From contig NW_025963890.1 in the NCBI RefSeq assembly GCF_023055435.1, positions 34,472,001-34,536,000 of the forward strand: a stretch of 64,000 nt of DNA. The letters are read 5' to 3'. This DNA is from Haliotis rufescens. Lineage: Eukaryota. Shown piece after piece: positions 1-13,539 of this stretch (within the stretch, counting starts at the first letter, position 1; each line of letters starts with the position of its first letter). Below the pieces are notes generated by a model, which saw only the letters and a list, made by a program, of their open reading frames with translations, did no database searches and was not told the origin of the DNA. A program made the translations under genes and the position numbers.

Positions 1-899
1 GTGTGTCATGTTGATTAAGACGGGTGCATTACTTTATCCCTAACCAGCAAATAGAGATATAGGACATGTCAAAGGAAATATTTATGAAAAATAACATCCA
101 ATAGAGAGATAAAACTGAAATAAAAAGACAGCGTTCGCGCACGTGTCCTGCCCTGATGTAATTTATTTTAAAGCTTTAATTTGAATTGAATTCCTGTATC
201 TGCCCATTATCATTTCCACATTTTGCAATATGAAATTTATCATACAGACCTGTCTCGAAGTTTACACGAAACTCCAACTTATCACATTATTTATTCTATG
301 TTTTTGTAAGGGTGACGAGTTGTTGATATTATTGTATAAGCGAAGGCAAAATCGCAATGACCGCACTGAACATTTAAGGGCTGACAGATGTTTGTTATCA
401 TTCTGTGAGTCATCCAAAGATATATAATAAGCCTGATACTGTTCATTGTTTTAAGAAAAAATGGAACCTTTTTGTTGTCATGGTAGCAGACTTAAAGGAC
501 ATCCATCACTTTGAAAGAAGAATAGGCTGTGGATATTGCTATTAAGTTCCATAAAGCAATGTGGGGTAGTCCAAATAACTGAAGAAACAGCTCCTCCAAA
601 TATATCTAATAATGTTGTGGTTTTACTTCAAATTGTAGTGAAATATTGGGATATTATACAGAACGTATGGTTAAAAGAGACGCGTATCCCAAAGTGAAAA
701 ACAATCTACAATAATCGTTCTTGTACATGTATATATTTATCTATATGACACTTGTCTGAACACCACTTCTATTTTGCTAAGTATGTTTATTTAACTAGTC
801 TGTACAATGTATGATGTAATTTTTATAGGGGAGTGATATTCATAAAGGGGAAACCTTGTTTATAAATCCTCATCCACTATGCATATGACTGTTGAAATA

Positions 900-1621
900 T
901 ACTAAACCGCAAAAGAAACGTCACCATGGATAACTATACGAGAAACCGTATTTGTCCAAACACTGTAAACATACTTTGAGACATATTAAAAAGATGAAAC
1001 TTGGCAATACTGATCATCACAGTGTCAAATGTTCTTAAAGTGAAACACACAGTAGTCTCTTGGAAAATGGCATCACAAGTCAGTATCTCGTGTGTCCGAC
1101 ATGTGCATTGATGACTGCCGTGCTACGTCGATACATGGGATGGATGAGGCGGTTGATGAAGGCCATAGGTACTTGAGCCCACACTCTAAGGAACGCCTGA
1201 CGCAGTTCAGTTGCAGTTGTCGGCCTTGGTCGAACCTCATTCAGCTGTCTTTGAATCTCGTCCCACATGTGCTCAATGGGATTTAAATCGGGACTGAGGG
1301 CAGGCCACTGCATGGTTCTGATGCCGTTCTGCTGGAGGAAGTCTCTTGTTGCTCTCGCAGTGTGGGCACGGGCGTTATCATGCTGAAACTCGTGGGTGCG
1401 GCGACGTGCCAAATGAGGTATTGCGTGTGGTCTCAAGACTTGATCAATGTACCGAGCTGCTGTGACACCATTGCCTCTCCCTGGACTGATGTTCTGGAAG
1501 ACCACAGGGCCGACCCTCTGTGCAAGACCAATTCCACCCCACACCATGATGCTCGGACCACCCTACGAGTCTCTCCCAACAACACAAGCATCCGAATAAC
1601 GTTCCCCACGGCGTCGCCAGA

Positions 1622-1652
<31 letters not shown>

Positions 1653-2330
1653 ATCTGCTGTTGAGATACAGTAACGGCTCTCGTCTGAGAAGAGGACTCT
1701 TTTCCACTGCTGGTGCTGTGTTGCCCACTGAAGACGGTCCCGGCGATGACGTGGTGTCAGAATGGGTCCTCGGTGTGGCCTCGGTGTGGAGGTGTCTGCT
1801 CGTCAATCGTCGACGCACGGTGTCCGCACTTATGTGTCGCTGGTGTGCTCCCATGGTCTGTCGAGCAGTTTCCGCAGAAGTAACAAAGCGATCTTGAAGA
1901 TGCTGTCGCACAATCTGACGATCCTGACGTCGGATGGTGACTTTTGGTCTTCCAGTACGTGGTCGGTCATCTGTAGTGTTGGTGGTCTGGTACCGTTGCT
2001 GGAGCCTGTATATAGTCCTTACGTAAACTTGAAATGCAATGGCTACTTGCCGGGCGGTTTGTCCAGCTTGCAATCGTCCAAGGGCTTAGTGTCGGTGATT
2101 TCTTGTCAATCTTGGCATGTGGTAGCAATTCAATAACGAATGAATGTTATCCGATCTGGGTGATTTTATAGGGTAAGAAATGGGGGAACGCATGTGCATT
2201 TCAGTTTGCACGTGCATCGGGTTACCATGGCTGTTGCCGTGATGCCTTTGGGCGATCGGTTTTATTGTCATCTGCTTTTTATCATCAAATTTCATTTTTC
2301 CGGACAAGATAATGTTAAATTTTAGAAACT
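900..2330 (-). mobile_element. Tc1-family (DD34E) DNA transposon, frameshifted; 3' TIR present, 5' TIR missing
   Basis: ORF 1444..2073 gives the paired/HTH region (QVAIAFQV..GRPKVT..QDRQI). ORF 1080..1547 gives the catalytic region (VWGGI, FQHDNARAH, SPDLNPIEHMW, GHTRY). Terminus TA-CTAAACCGCAAAAGAAACGTCACC at 900 matches the end of the copy at 10219. A (CT)n tract at ~1622-1648 disrupts the frame. Confidence 0.93.
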
Positions 2331-2923
2331 ATATATATATATAATTTTATATAGAAAGTATATATACTGTTTAACTTAATATATATATTTCTAAATACAA
2401 ATACATTCCCTCTACAACATTCTACTCTGTAATAAAAAACAATAAAAATTGGAATTTAAATCTCTGAAAGGGGGAATTGTGTGAGTTGGGTGGTGGTGGG
2501 TGGTTTTTGTGGGTGGAGGTGGAAATCAAGTCTCACAATGGTTTCTATAATTGTAATGATAATGTGCCGTGAACGTTGGCACATATTGTGGCCAGCGACA
2601 ATATATGCCCAGCGACGATAAATGTCGTAACAGGCGGGCCCAGATCATCGACGGAATGTACGGCTAGTCACGGCACCCGCTACGGCCGCTGCCTCCTCAA
2701 CGTCTTTCAGTGTATGTGCAAGTGACAAAGCGAGTCTCCAAACCCGGAACATATGGACCACTCGGTCCCGGTGTGCGTTCTGTCACGTGATTGCCATTAA
2801 TTGTATCTTTTCGACTTAAATTCCCCCATTAACATAAACCATTGCTGGTTTCGTTTAAACTTCACCCCTGCGGGGTTTTCTTCAAAAATCACCCTGAGCT
2901 ACCATCCGACATATTCCCGAGGC

Positions 2924-2997
2924 GAGAGTTAACAGACTATAAAAGTCCAGTTTCCACGCAAGGGTGGAAACTGGACTTTTATAGTCTGTTAACTCTC
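2924..2997. repeat. Perfect palindrome: 34-bp arms, 6-nt loop
   Basis: GAGAGTTAACAGACTATAAAAGTCCAGTTTCCAC-gcaagg-GTGGAAACTGGACTTTTATAGTCTGTTAACTCTC read directly. Confidence 0.95.
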
Positions 2998-5422
2998 TTG
3001 CCTTTGCAGATTCGACAAGTTCATTTTCACAGGAAAATGTAAACCTACATAGTGAACCAAAGTGTGAACCTACATACGTCCGTGTTTCAAACATAGGGAG
3101 AAGTAAACGTTGTACATCTGAAGACAATATCCACTGTAGCTCCTGTGCCAGTCTCGCTCTTACTTTTAATTGTTATGTTAAATTTCTAATCGACACATTT
3201 CAAATGTCAACCAATCGTCTACATATATAGTAATCAGGCTTTAATTTCAGTCAAATGTACCGCTGTGAAACACTCTGTGGCACGATGACTCTAGTACTTG
3301 TTTCATACGAGAACAAAATGTCTAAGATTGTATAGCAATAGGAAACTCTTTGATGATAAAGGGTCGTATTTCATTGTCTATCGATTAGAATGTATATCAC
3401 TGTTATAATCATTAGGTCAACATCATTCACATGTAGGGGGCGTCCCGTATGGATGCAAGACAAGTCGGGCTTTCCTCTCACATTAAGCTGACATGACACG
3501 ATGTATATGAAACTCATTTAAAATCGGTATGTACGAAAAACTCACTCACACATCTTACATGGGTACGGGTTGACATTAAACGTAACATAATGACCAAAGA
3601 GAATATATCGCCTGCAGGCAGCAGGACATATTTCTCTTATCCAGACTTATTGTTTGCATTGTACAAGTCACTGAAACTGTAAACACCCCTTTTATGACCC
3701 CTTATAAAGAGGTCGCCTCATCGCGGCGATTACATATTGGCTTTTCTAATTCGTTTTTGTTCTGTCTTTGTTGCATTGTTATAGATCGTTAATACAGAAG
3801 CAACAGAGAGCACGCATCCTTCGGCTGTATATACAAGAAATGGTTCTTGTTAAGAGTATCTTTTTTGTGTCATGTATAGATTTTTAATACTAATAATAAA
3901 AAACTATGACTAATATATAACCAACCAACACAACAACACACGACCTATTACACAACCAGAAAATATTTTATATAATCAGTCAACAATAGAATGCTTACAA
4001 TTAATTATCAATTATTGGATTTATTATTTGTTTACAATCAGTTATAGACGTTCATATAAGAGCATCAGCTGAACATGATATAGAATTGTTACACAAGATA
4101 TTACATTAGTCACGATACATATCCAAGGTACACAACGTAACACAGCAGTTTACAAGTGATTGAAGGTAGTATACCCGACACACTGTAACCAATACATTAC
4201 CTGAGTGGGAATTGACAGAAGATATATACTAGCTCAGCCACAATACATATTCCAGAAGGTAAACAGTGTCATAATTGACACAATCTATTCACCGCAGTAT
4301 TACAATGGGAATATCTAAGATATACACACAAGTATGACATTTTCAATTACCAAATAAACTTGCAGGTGGTAACATATTTGTCAAATTTTGTCCATTTTCC
4401 CATATTAATAATTCACCAAAACGAAGCATTTCAGTGTTGATTGAACATTATCAGAAACCAAACGTGACCAACTTGCCTACAGCATGTGAGTAGGTGAGTG
4501 TGTGTGCCTGTTTAATCACAACGTACCAGCCTGACATTCTGTCACTTTGTAGAGTTAAGATATAAATATACTCTTCTCAGTGCACACAGTTCTTAGCCTA
4601 TGCATAAATTATGTGGTTGGTTTTGCACAATTGGTATTCACATAGCGGCATCAAACTAAATGTCACAATCTATCTACAGTAACACTTCTATTTATCAGTC
4701 ACTTTTACTCCCTAATTTTACCATCGCGATATTGATGCAATGTAAAATTTTAGCTCACTTATAATTACTCTCTTCTTATTCATTGCAGTTTATATGTTTC
4801 GCCCTCCAAAGGCAAAAAACTGTCATGCTACTCGATAGAACATTCAAGCCGACATGAATAAGGGGATGTTGTTTATAGCAACAGTCCGCTTGTAATGGCG
4901 ACCTGTAAATTAATCTGGCAGAAAATAGATCAAGGCAGGTAACAAGTCAAGGCCACCCGATCATAGCAATCGCTTCATTTGGTCTTTACAATATTTGCAT
5001 ATACGATTTCGTAAAGGTGTTACAGCTCCAGTAAATCTACCAACCTCTACTTCTAATGCCCAATTTAAAATTCCACATATACAAAGAGCAATGGTATCCT
5101 AATAATATAAGCATTGCTGCATGTCAACACTGCATACCTAGTAACTGATTGTGTTTTGAATACAGTGATTAGAGAAGTCGTCCACACACGACGTCGTGTA
5201 AACAAAGTAGATCGGGTTGTCCAAATGAACAATGCCACCAGCAAAACAAGGTTAGGGCCTCACGTACATGTGCTCAGCAAGAGGCAATACAACCGCTCGA
5301 TCGAGACATGTTGATATATATATGTGTGTGTTTTTGTTTGTTGAATTAGGTCCGGTATTGCCGATACCTCCAGGCGACAGAGGACCACATCAACTGTTAA
5401 TGTGAGAGACTTACCTTGCAAC

Positions 5423-7400
5423 ATGCAAACAGTAAGTATCTAGATTTTTAATCCATGCATAAAATACACCGAGCAGCGTTTATAGAGATTATGGTCTTGT
5501 TTAACTAAATAAGTTAAAATAATTATCCAGTATGACATAACCAGCAGTCAATTATGATTGATTAGACAATAATTTAGCAGTGCATTGTCCGATCATGATA
5601 ACAATGTTTTGAATCCTTGAGTTTTGCGTAATACAATAGGCTATACTCCACGGAGATGGAGATTTCACATTTTCATTTTCTTTGCAATTTGTTTTATGAA
5701 ACGCTAAGGTAGCTAATGGAGCGAAGATGGGCCCAGTTTGACGAAAATCCGATATCACTTTGTTATTACTTATGTTGGGTTGTTTTGATGGTATTAATAA
5801 AAAAACAAAGGCTGCGATCATGCATTCTTTAACCCATTTGCAAATACGTCACATCCTCATCAATGCCATGTCCCTCATTAATAGAAACTGTTGCATCCAA
5901 GGTTACACGTATGACATCTCACAGTTGCGGATACTGATTCTTCAACCTTTAAACTATAACTCCTTTCTGCATAACGTTCACCTGCATATCTTTGCAACTG
6001 CTAGGTCGCGATCGTGAAACAGGAAAGCAACAACAACCACTGTCAATTGAAGAAAATACATGTAGTGGAGCAATGCAAACCTAATAATAAGTGATAATGT
6101 GTCTGATTTGTGAAATTTGTTTTTTTCGTTTGCGTAAGCCTTTTTGACTTCTCATGAAAACTTGAGATCATGACTAATCTATCCTAATGTTTATTTTCAG
6201 CAGGGCTTCTTTGTGTCTGCGGTCATAACTATCCTAACAGGTAAACCTCATTTATCTCATTTCGATACAAAATCTTGACAGCGCCTTTTTATTTACTTTA
6301 TGATAATGTGACATTGGGCTAATTGTAATCACTATTTTGCAGGTGGAACATTGGCCCAGAATGGGTGCAACATTAAATGTGCAGACTGCATCAGAAGTCG
6401 TTGTAGAGAGTGCTACTATGGGTTCTGGGGCTCCGACTGTACACACAACTGTGTGAACTGCTGGCTTGGAGGGTGCAACAAACACACGGGCAAATGTGTC
6501 CAGTGTAGCCCTGGGCGGTATTCTACTGACTGCAGTAAGCTGTGTCCCAACAACTGTAGATATTCAAGCCACGACAAGGTCACACACTGTGGGCGTTCTG
6601 AAGGCAGGTGTTTGGAGGGGTGTAAAGAAGGTTGGTGGGGGACGACATGCGGAATGCCGTGCAGTACAGGGTGTAAGTCTGCTTGTTATCAGGCAGACGG
6701 GGACTGTATTTCGGATTGTAGACCCGGCTGGTATAGTATGCGGTGTGACACACAGTGTTCTATGGGCTGCTTGTCAGGCACATGTGACTGGTTAACTGGC
6801 GTCTGTGTTGGCGATTGTAAGAACGGTTATGATGGACCAAACTGTGAGGACATATGCAGCAAAAACTGTCAATCTACATGTCAATATGACGAAACATCTG
6901 ACGGACTGTACTGCTCTGCTGGCTGTCGTGATGGGTGGACATCACTCTACTGTAATGAAACATGTGGGAGTAGATGTCACGTGTGTCCTCAACACAGTGG
7001 AAGCTGCACAACATGTAAGACTGGATATTATGGCAGATTTTGTCAGCTGACATGCCCTGAGAAATGCAAAGCCTGTGATCAGATATCCGGCCTGTGTACA
7101 GAATGCATTGAAGGAAAAGTATGTGACAAAGATGCCAGGTCTTACGAAGAAGCGGGGTACGATGGAAACAGTCCAGAAGAAAACGATATAGAGGAATCCT
7201 ACAATTCTGCAGAGGGTAAGTTTCTGAGACAAAAATGTATCTAATTCATAGTAACATAGGATATTTACTATTTCAAGAACATATATAATTCATGCTTGTA
7301 TACCAACTGTTTTTGTATACTTTCAGGGCACCAAGACGATTCACGAAGATTGTTTACTGGATTGATTCTGCTCTTTACATTTTGGACAAAATATCGTTAA
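5423..7400 (+). CDS. G1: multiple EGF-like-repeat surface protein (MEGF10/11/SCARF-like), probable GPI anchor, ~331 aa; exons 5423-5431, 6201-6240, 6343-7215, 7327-7400
   Basis: GT-AG splicing gives signal peptide MQT|QGFFVSAVITILT|GGTLA-QNGC. It is followed by repeated C..GC..G(W/Y)(W/Y)G..C motifs (ORF 6351..7244), an acidic stalk and the tail GHQDDSRRLFTGLILLFTFWTKYR*. The 9-nt first coding exon is the least certain part. Confidence 0.85.
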
Positions 7401-7839
7401 GCCCATCAGTGATTTATGTTTTTGTGTGAGAAGTACGAATCAACCAATTCAGAAGGACGAATATCAACGTCGTGCATATCTTGAAATATTAATACCCTTA
7501 CAGGCTTAATATTAAGATAACTGGAATGTGTTGAGTATTTGTAAGTGGTAATTGTGCCTTTCACGTAACATTGATGTTGGAGGAAAGCCCGAAGATGTGC
7601 ATGTCTTACAAATTCACCACTTTGGTAAAACCAGTGATCACGGGCAGGTACAGACCAACCGAAAACTAAAATCATGGCAATTGTGGGATTTGAACTTCTG
7701 TCTTCCCCAAGGGACGTAACTCTGCACAACGAATTCCGAACCGCCTTCGCGGATTGTAACAGGAAGTGACGTATAGCTGGAGGCTTGCGATATCCTTCTA
7801 TAACAGCTTCATGAAAATTTGGGGATGGACCCTTTAGAA

Positions 7840-7995
7840 AAGATGTAGGCATCTCTACGGGCACCAACTGCTCTCCCCTCTTTGCTGATCTGTTTCTTCA
7901 TCAGTATGAATAGGAATTTCTGCTCGGATTGGCAAAAATAAAAACAAGGCAATTTGGCCAAGAACTTAACGTAAGCTTTATATCTATGAGCTGAT
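7840..7995 (+). mobile_element. Penelope-like retroelement RT relic
   Basis: Translates VGISTGTNCSPLFADLFLHQYE*EFL, matching the GIPMGTNCAPLLADLFL..YE motif of Penelope-like RTs; contains an in-frame stop. Confidence 0.6.
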
Positions 7996-8540
7996 ATCGT
8001 TCAATGGTAACCAAGTGTCTCCCAAGCAGGTATTGAAACCAGATCATATTTATATTTGCTTGTGTTTTTAAGCACTGTATTTATTATTTATTACAATTCC
8101 TGATTTGAAATAAATATTTGCCTAACTGTACAGGTATGTTCTAACAAGCTTGTGTGCTCAAATGTTATAAGAAGATGTTTACTGCTTTTGATTGGCGCTA
8201 GTGGCAAAGGGCTGTATGTAGTTGTATTTGTCAACAACGAGGCCTCTTTATATGTGTGGAAATATTACAAATATACTAGTATTGTATGCATTCCTGTTGA
8301 ATTTCATTATTTGGAGATGTATTTGAAAAAAACACCACATATTGATCTGTATTTGTTATAATCATCAGAGTATCCTTTCATTGCCTATTGCTTGATGTTT
8401 CACGCTATACCTTGATGCGATGACTTGCTTTGTACAGTACGGTTCCTTAACTCACACCAACCATTAGCTCAAAATTGGAAACTTATTCCCAGATATAACA
8501 TTACTTGAATAATTAACTTACATATCATAACAGATTATGT

Positions 8541-8735
8541 GCCTGTCGTAAAAGGCGACCAACGGGATCGGGCGGTCAGGCTCGCTGACTTGGTGGATGC
8601 ATGTCATCGATCCCAATTGCGTGGATCGATGCTCATGACATTAATCACTGGATTGTCTGGTCCATACTCGGTTATTTACAGACCGCCGTCATATTGCTAA
8701 GTGCGGCGTTAAAAAACCAACCAACCAACCAACCA
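8541..8735 (+). mobile_element. SINE family A (5'-truncated)
   Basis: GTAAAAGGCGAC..CGGGATCGGG.GGTCAGGCTCGCTGACTTGG..GGATTGTCTGGTCCA..GCGGCGTTAAA + (ACCA)n tail. Recurs at 18469, at 20185 on the minus strand, and as fragments elsewhere. Confidence 0.8.
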
Positions 8736-8749
8736 TTACAGATTAGGGT

Positions 8750-10221
8750 TGGATCAATGCACGTGAGTTCCATGCAAATTGAAATGCACGTGCGCTCCCC
8801 CATTTCTTGCCCTATAAAAATCCACAAAGAGCGGATAACATTCATTCGTTATTGAATTGCTACCACATGCCAAGATTGACAAGAAACCAGCGACACCAAG
8901 CCCTTGGATGATTGCAAGCTGGACAAATTTTCCGGCAAGTAGCCAATGCATGTCAAGTCCACGTAAGGACCATATACAGGCTCCAGCAACGGTACCAGAC
9001 CACCAACACTACAGATGACCGACCACGTAGTGGAAGAACAAGGGTCACCACCTTGACAGAAGGACTGTGTGCAGAAACGCAACGGTAAAACGAACATGAA
9101 ATGGACATGAAAATGTTGTGTTTCACGTGCAAGATGAACTTTAGATGTCACGTCACTGTGGTTTTCAGTTATAGTTGTGCTAAAGTTGTCAGGTGGAAAC
9201 ATGTGCTTAAAGCTTCGTCCCAATACTTGAATTTAGAATAGAAACGTTGTTACAAAACAACATAGTAACTGAGTTCACATATAAAAGTGAACTTATCCAC
9301 AATTAGTGGAGAAACTGTGTTCATTATAGAAAATAGTGTAATTGATTAGATACATTAAAAGTATGAATAGTTTCAATAGTTTATTGTTTTGAATTTAGGG
9401 GTTCTTCACTCCACCACCCGACGTCAGAATCGTCAGCATCTTCAAGATCGCTTTGTTACTTCTGCGGAAACTGCTCGACAGACCATGGGGACCCAACACC
9501 GACACATTAGTGCGGACACCGTGCGTCGACGATTGACGAGCAGACACCTCCACTGTCACAGGCCACACCGAGGACCCATTCTGACACCACGTCATCGCCG
9601 GGACCGTCTTCAGTGGGCAACCAGAACATCGGTCCAGGGAATGGCAATGGTGTCACAGCAACTCGGTACATTGATCATGTCTTGAGACCACACGCCATAC
9701 CTCATTTGGCAAGTCGCCGCAACCAAGAATTTCAGCATGATAATGCCCGTGCCCGCACTGCGAGAGCAACAGGAGACATCCTCCAGGAGAATGGCATCAG
9801 AACCATGCAATGGCCTGCCCTCAATCCCGATTTAAATCCCATTGAGCACATGTGGGACGAGATTCAAAGACGACTGAATGACGTCCGATCAAGGCCGACA
9901 ACTGCAGCTGAACTGCATCAGACGTTCCTCAGAGTGTGGGCTCAAGTGCCTGTGGCCTTCATCAACCGTATCGACGTATCGACGTTGCACGGCAGTCATC
10001 AAGGCACATGGCGGACACACGAGATACTGACTTGTAATGCCATTTATCAGAGACTAGTGTTGTGTTTCGCTTTAAGAACATTTGACACTTAAATTTCAAC
10101 CTTGATGAGCAGTTTTGCCAAGTTTCATCTTTTTAATATGTTTCAAAGTATGTTTACAGTGTTTGGACAAATAAGGTTCTCATATATCTATCCATGGTGA
10201 CGTTTCTTTTGCGGTTCAGTA
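8750..10221 (+). mobile_element. Tc1-family transposon, same family as 900-2330 but opposite orientation; internally deleted and interrupted
   Basis: MPRLTRNQR start at 8867. ORF 9613..10092 has FQHDNARAR and NPDLNPIEHMW. Ends ..GGTGACGTTTCTTTTGCGGTTCAG-TA at 10219-10221. A 359-bp insertion lies at 9053-9411. Confidence 0.92.
9053..9411. mobile_element. Unclassified insertion within the Tc1 copy, flanked by a 7-bp target-site duplication
   Basis: CACCACC at 9046-9052 and 9412-9418. The uninterrupted sister copy reads GTCACCATCCGACGTCAG at this point. Confidence 0.7.
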
Positions 10222-10911
10222 TACTTTCTATTCTCAAATTTAGCCAAGATGGTCTTTTTTGTTACTGTTTAAGATAGCGCCACACATATATGACTGGACC
10301 CGCACAGTTACACGTTCCAATCATCTGCTCACCAGTCTGGAGCAAAGAGGTCAGTCTGTCCTACTGTTGCAGGAGATGACGATGGTCAACACCTGGATAA
10401 TTACATGGACAATGTCATTATTTCCTGATAACGGAAGTAGTCTTAAATTATTGTATCGACAAAGATTAGTAACTATATAACTCAGAGGTCTTAAGCCAGT
10501 AGACGAAGAGAAATGTTTAATCCTCATCTACAACTTCGACACAGACACAGATATGTTTTGCCTCGGTTTCTCTATGCAAATTATCCCCGACCAGACATTC
10601 AAGTCACTAAAACGTGTGCACAGTTAACTGCCTTCTTCATTCAGAAACAAATCAATTTTAGTAGATCCTTATTTACAGGAAGCAGCAAGTGAAATCGCGT
10701 CAGTGTTATTTCCGTTTTGCCTGATATTGAAATCGCAGGTGTTGATTCGAAGACACATGTAAGTATGAGCATGCTTGTCGATGTTTCATATAAACTATTA
10801 AACAGAGTATAACCAATGATAACATGAACAATACAATACAATAGTGTCAAAACAACTGTTGAAATAACATGTATATGTATATGTTGTATATGATATTTTA
10901 GGGCATCCAGA

Positions 10912-13539
10912 ATGACAACACAACCTTACCTTCTGCTGCAACTGTTGTGTTTGCGTGTTCTGGTCAACGGAATGACAGGTAAGGTCGGTTGCCGACTGAT
11001 ATGGCGACTCAACACTCTTAACAAACACATGTGCTTAGATAATATACAGTACTAAAAGAGCATCTTCCGTAACAACGTTGCTACTTGTACCTGTATCGTC
11101 ATTGTCATGTTAAAGTATGTATGTAACCCGAAGAATTGTATGTTATTCTACATAATAAGCCTTCAGTCATAGTATCGACTTAATTTCCTCATTCCCGGGC
11201 ATGGACTTGAGCGTATAACACTTTTAATTAAAGAAAACCTTGTACACTTGTTATATGTGTTTCTTTCAGATGCACCGACTCCTAAGCCATTGTGTACAAG
11301 ATCTCAATGCAAAGGAGATGTTTGTGCGGAGGACATGTGCCCCTTGGGGTGCAAGGATGGATATTATGGCAGGCACTGTGGATACAGATGTAGTAACGGG
11401 TGTATCAGTAAGAGATGTTCCGACTCTGGATTCGGTACAGGAAGCTGCACTGATGGCTGTATCTCAGGATATTGGGGAAGTACTTGTAGCTTCGAATGCC
11501 CAGCTGATTGTATACACTGTTCAGTCAAGACATGTAGCAAATGTAGAGCCTTTCTTTTTGGGCCATTCTGTAGTTCAAACTGTAGAGAATTATGTCCAAG
11601 TAAAGGATGCAACATGGATGGTACATGCAGGGATGATGAGCAATCCATTGCCTGCAATAATGGAAACTTTGGGTCTAAATGCCAGTTTGGTTGCAACGAA
11701 AACTGTGCCTTTCATGCTTGCAATCGTTCCTCTGGTGTTTGTCTGCATGGTTGTGAAACAGGACATTTTGGGGCAACGTGCGAATTCCGATGTAATACCA
11801 ACTGTAAAGACGCATTATGTGATTTCCAAGGCAGGTGTCTAGCAGGCTGCAAGGCGGGGCGCTATGGGCGTGATTGTGATGAGCAGTGCAGTGGGCACTG
11901 TCGTCAACGTATCTGCGACCCGGAAACAGGTTACTGTATCAACGGCTGCCATGACGGGCACTACGGCTTTCACTGCAACACGTCATGTTTGGGGGATTGC
12001 TCTTACTGCAACCGAGAGAATGGACTATGCCTCGAAGATGAAATGCAACCAGGTAGTGTTTAAACGTAATACATATTAAAAACAGTTCATATCATGTAGA
12101 TGACAAGGACTGCATATTACCTTTAATGTTGTTGCAGTGTTGCTAGTGTTTTTTTTAAAAGTTTTAACCATGTCTTAACCTAAGTACTAAACAACAATTA
12201 CTTAGTGAGAACATACACTATTGACTGGGACAAGTGAGCTCTCTTAATCAATGAATTCAACTTGCGTAATAATTGCTGTTCATATATAAAGTTAGTTCCC
12301 AATTTCCCCTACCCCTTGATATAACTGGGATACAGCTTTACATCTTGTAATCCATTCCTATGATCTAGATATTGCACATGAGGTATCCCTGGCAGGTGGG
12401 AGCCGAAACTATATATAGATATATATTTTCAAAGAGTAATGCTAGCCACGTGTGTGTATAAAGCTATTTCGATTCTGTTACATCAGATTGTTTCTGAGAA
12501 AGGGTTAGTGAACTGGCATTTTTTGTTTGTGGGATTCCGAAATACCTGTGCCTTTCGTTGGAGCTGATTGAGAATTGTACAGACTGTGTGACTCGGCTGG
12601 CTGAGCATCATCTTGCCCCGGTAGTATTGATCTTTCCGCATGCTTTCAGTCACTGGTTTGTGTGGCCCAGATTCAATTAATTGCCGGTCCCCGTGATACA
12701 GCTGGAATATTTCTGACTGGGACGTTAAACCACATGAATGACGATTAACATTTCTGTTTGTAGAAACAACGCTGATTTCCACTGAAGAAAACACCCAGAC
12801 GACACCGTCAGTAAACTATGTCATAGGATCTGTTGTGTTCCTGCTGGTTTGTGGAACAGTCGCTGTCCTGATAACAAGGTACCTCACACAGCAGTGGTTT
12901 TGTGTCCACAATTTCCATGCTTTGTGTTTGACACAATTTGTGTTTTCTTGATCGGATCTCATTTGATCTATCTTTTTTATTTTCAGATCATGTAAGTCAT
13001 CGTTAAAAAGGAAGGACAGGCGTTTGCTGAGCCCCCAAGACAGACAACTGCCAGAAGTACCGGTGTCTGCAAATGCCTATGATGACATCAACGAAGACGA
13101 CATTGATGCAAGTGATCGAGTCACTGCAGGTACCAGGAACAACACATGCCAAGCACGTGGTCATCGTCCTCTTGCTCATGTAACGATGTGTCACACTACA
13201 TGGTCCAGAAAGGACAAGACTGGGCATTTGCATGTGTTCAAACCATTCCCACAGAGGGCTAGGTCCTTGCCAGTATTCACCACTGATGTACTTGGCTGCA
13301 AATGGAACAAGTCGGATGGTTCTTGGACGGAATATACTGGGCTTCAGGCGAGATATGGGAATCTACATACAAAGACATTGCCTGAACGAGATGACCGAGC
13401 CAACTTGGAGGGAAATAGTTGCCTGGTTGATAACGTAGCGTATGAAAGTAACAATAGTGCTACATGTACTCCAGCAGGCCCGCGAGGATACCTATCTCCT
13501 GTAGCCAGTGATTCATGTCTAGATTACACTGACGTTTAG
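10912..13539 (+). CDS. G2: type I transmembrane EGF-like-repeat receptor with Tyr-motif cytoplasmic tail (MEGF10/Draper/SCARF-like), ~505 aa; exons 10912-10978, 11270-12052, 12764-12878, 12987-13539
   Basis: Signal peptide MTTQPYLLLQLLCLRVLVNGMT, then EGF-repeat exon (ORF 11248..12063). The TM exon reads ETTLISTEENTQTTPSVNYVIGSVVFLLVCGTVAVLITR. A basic juxtamembrane SCKSSLKRKDRR runs in frame into ORF 13024..13539, which ends LDYTDV*. All junctions are GT-AG with consistent phases. AATAAA at 13633. Confidence 0.9.
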
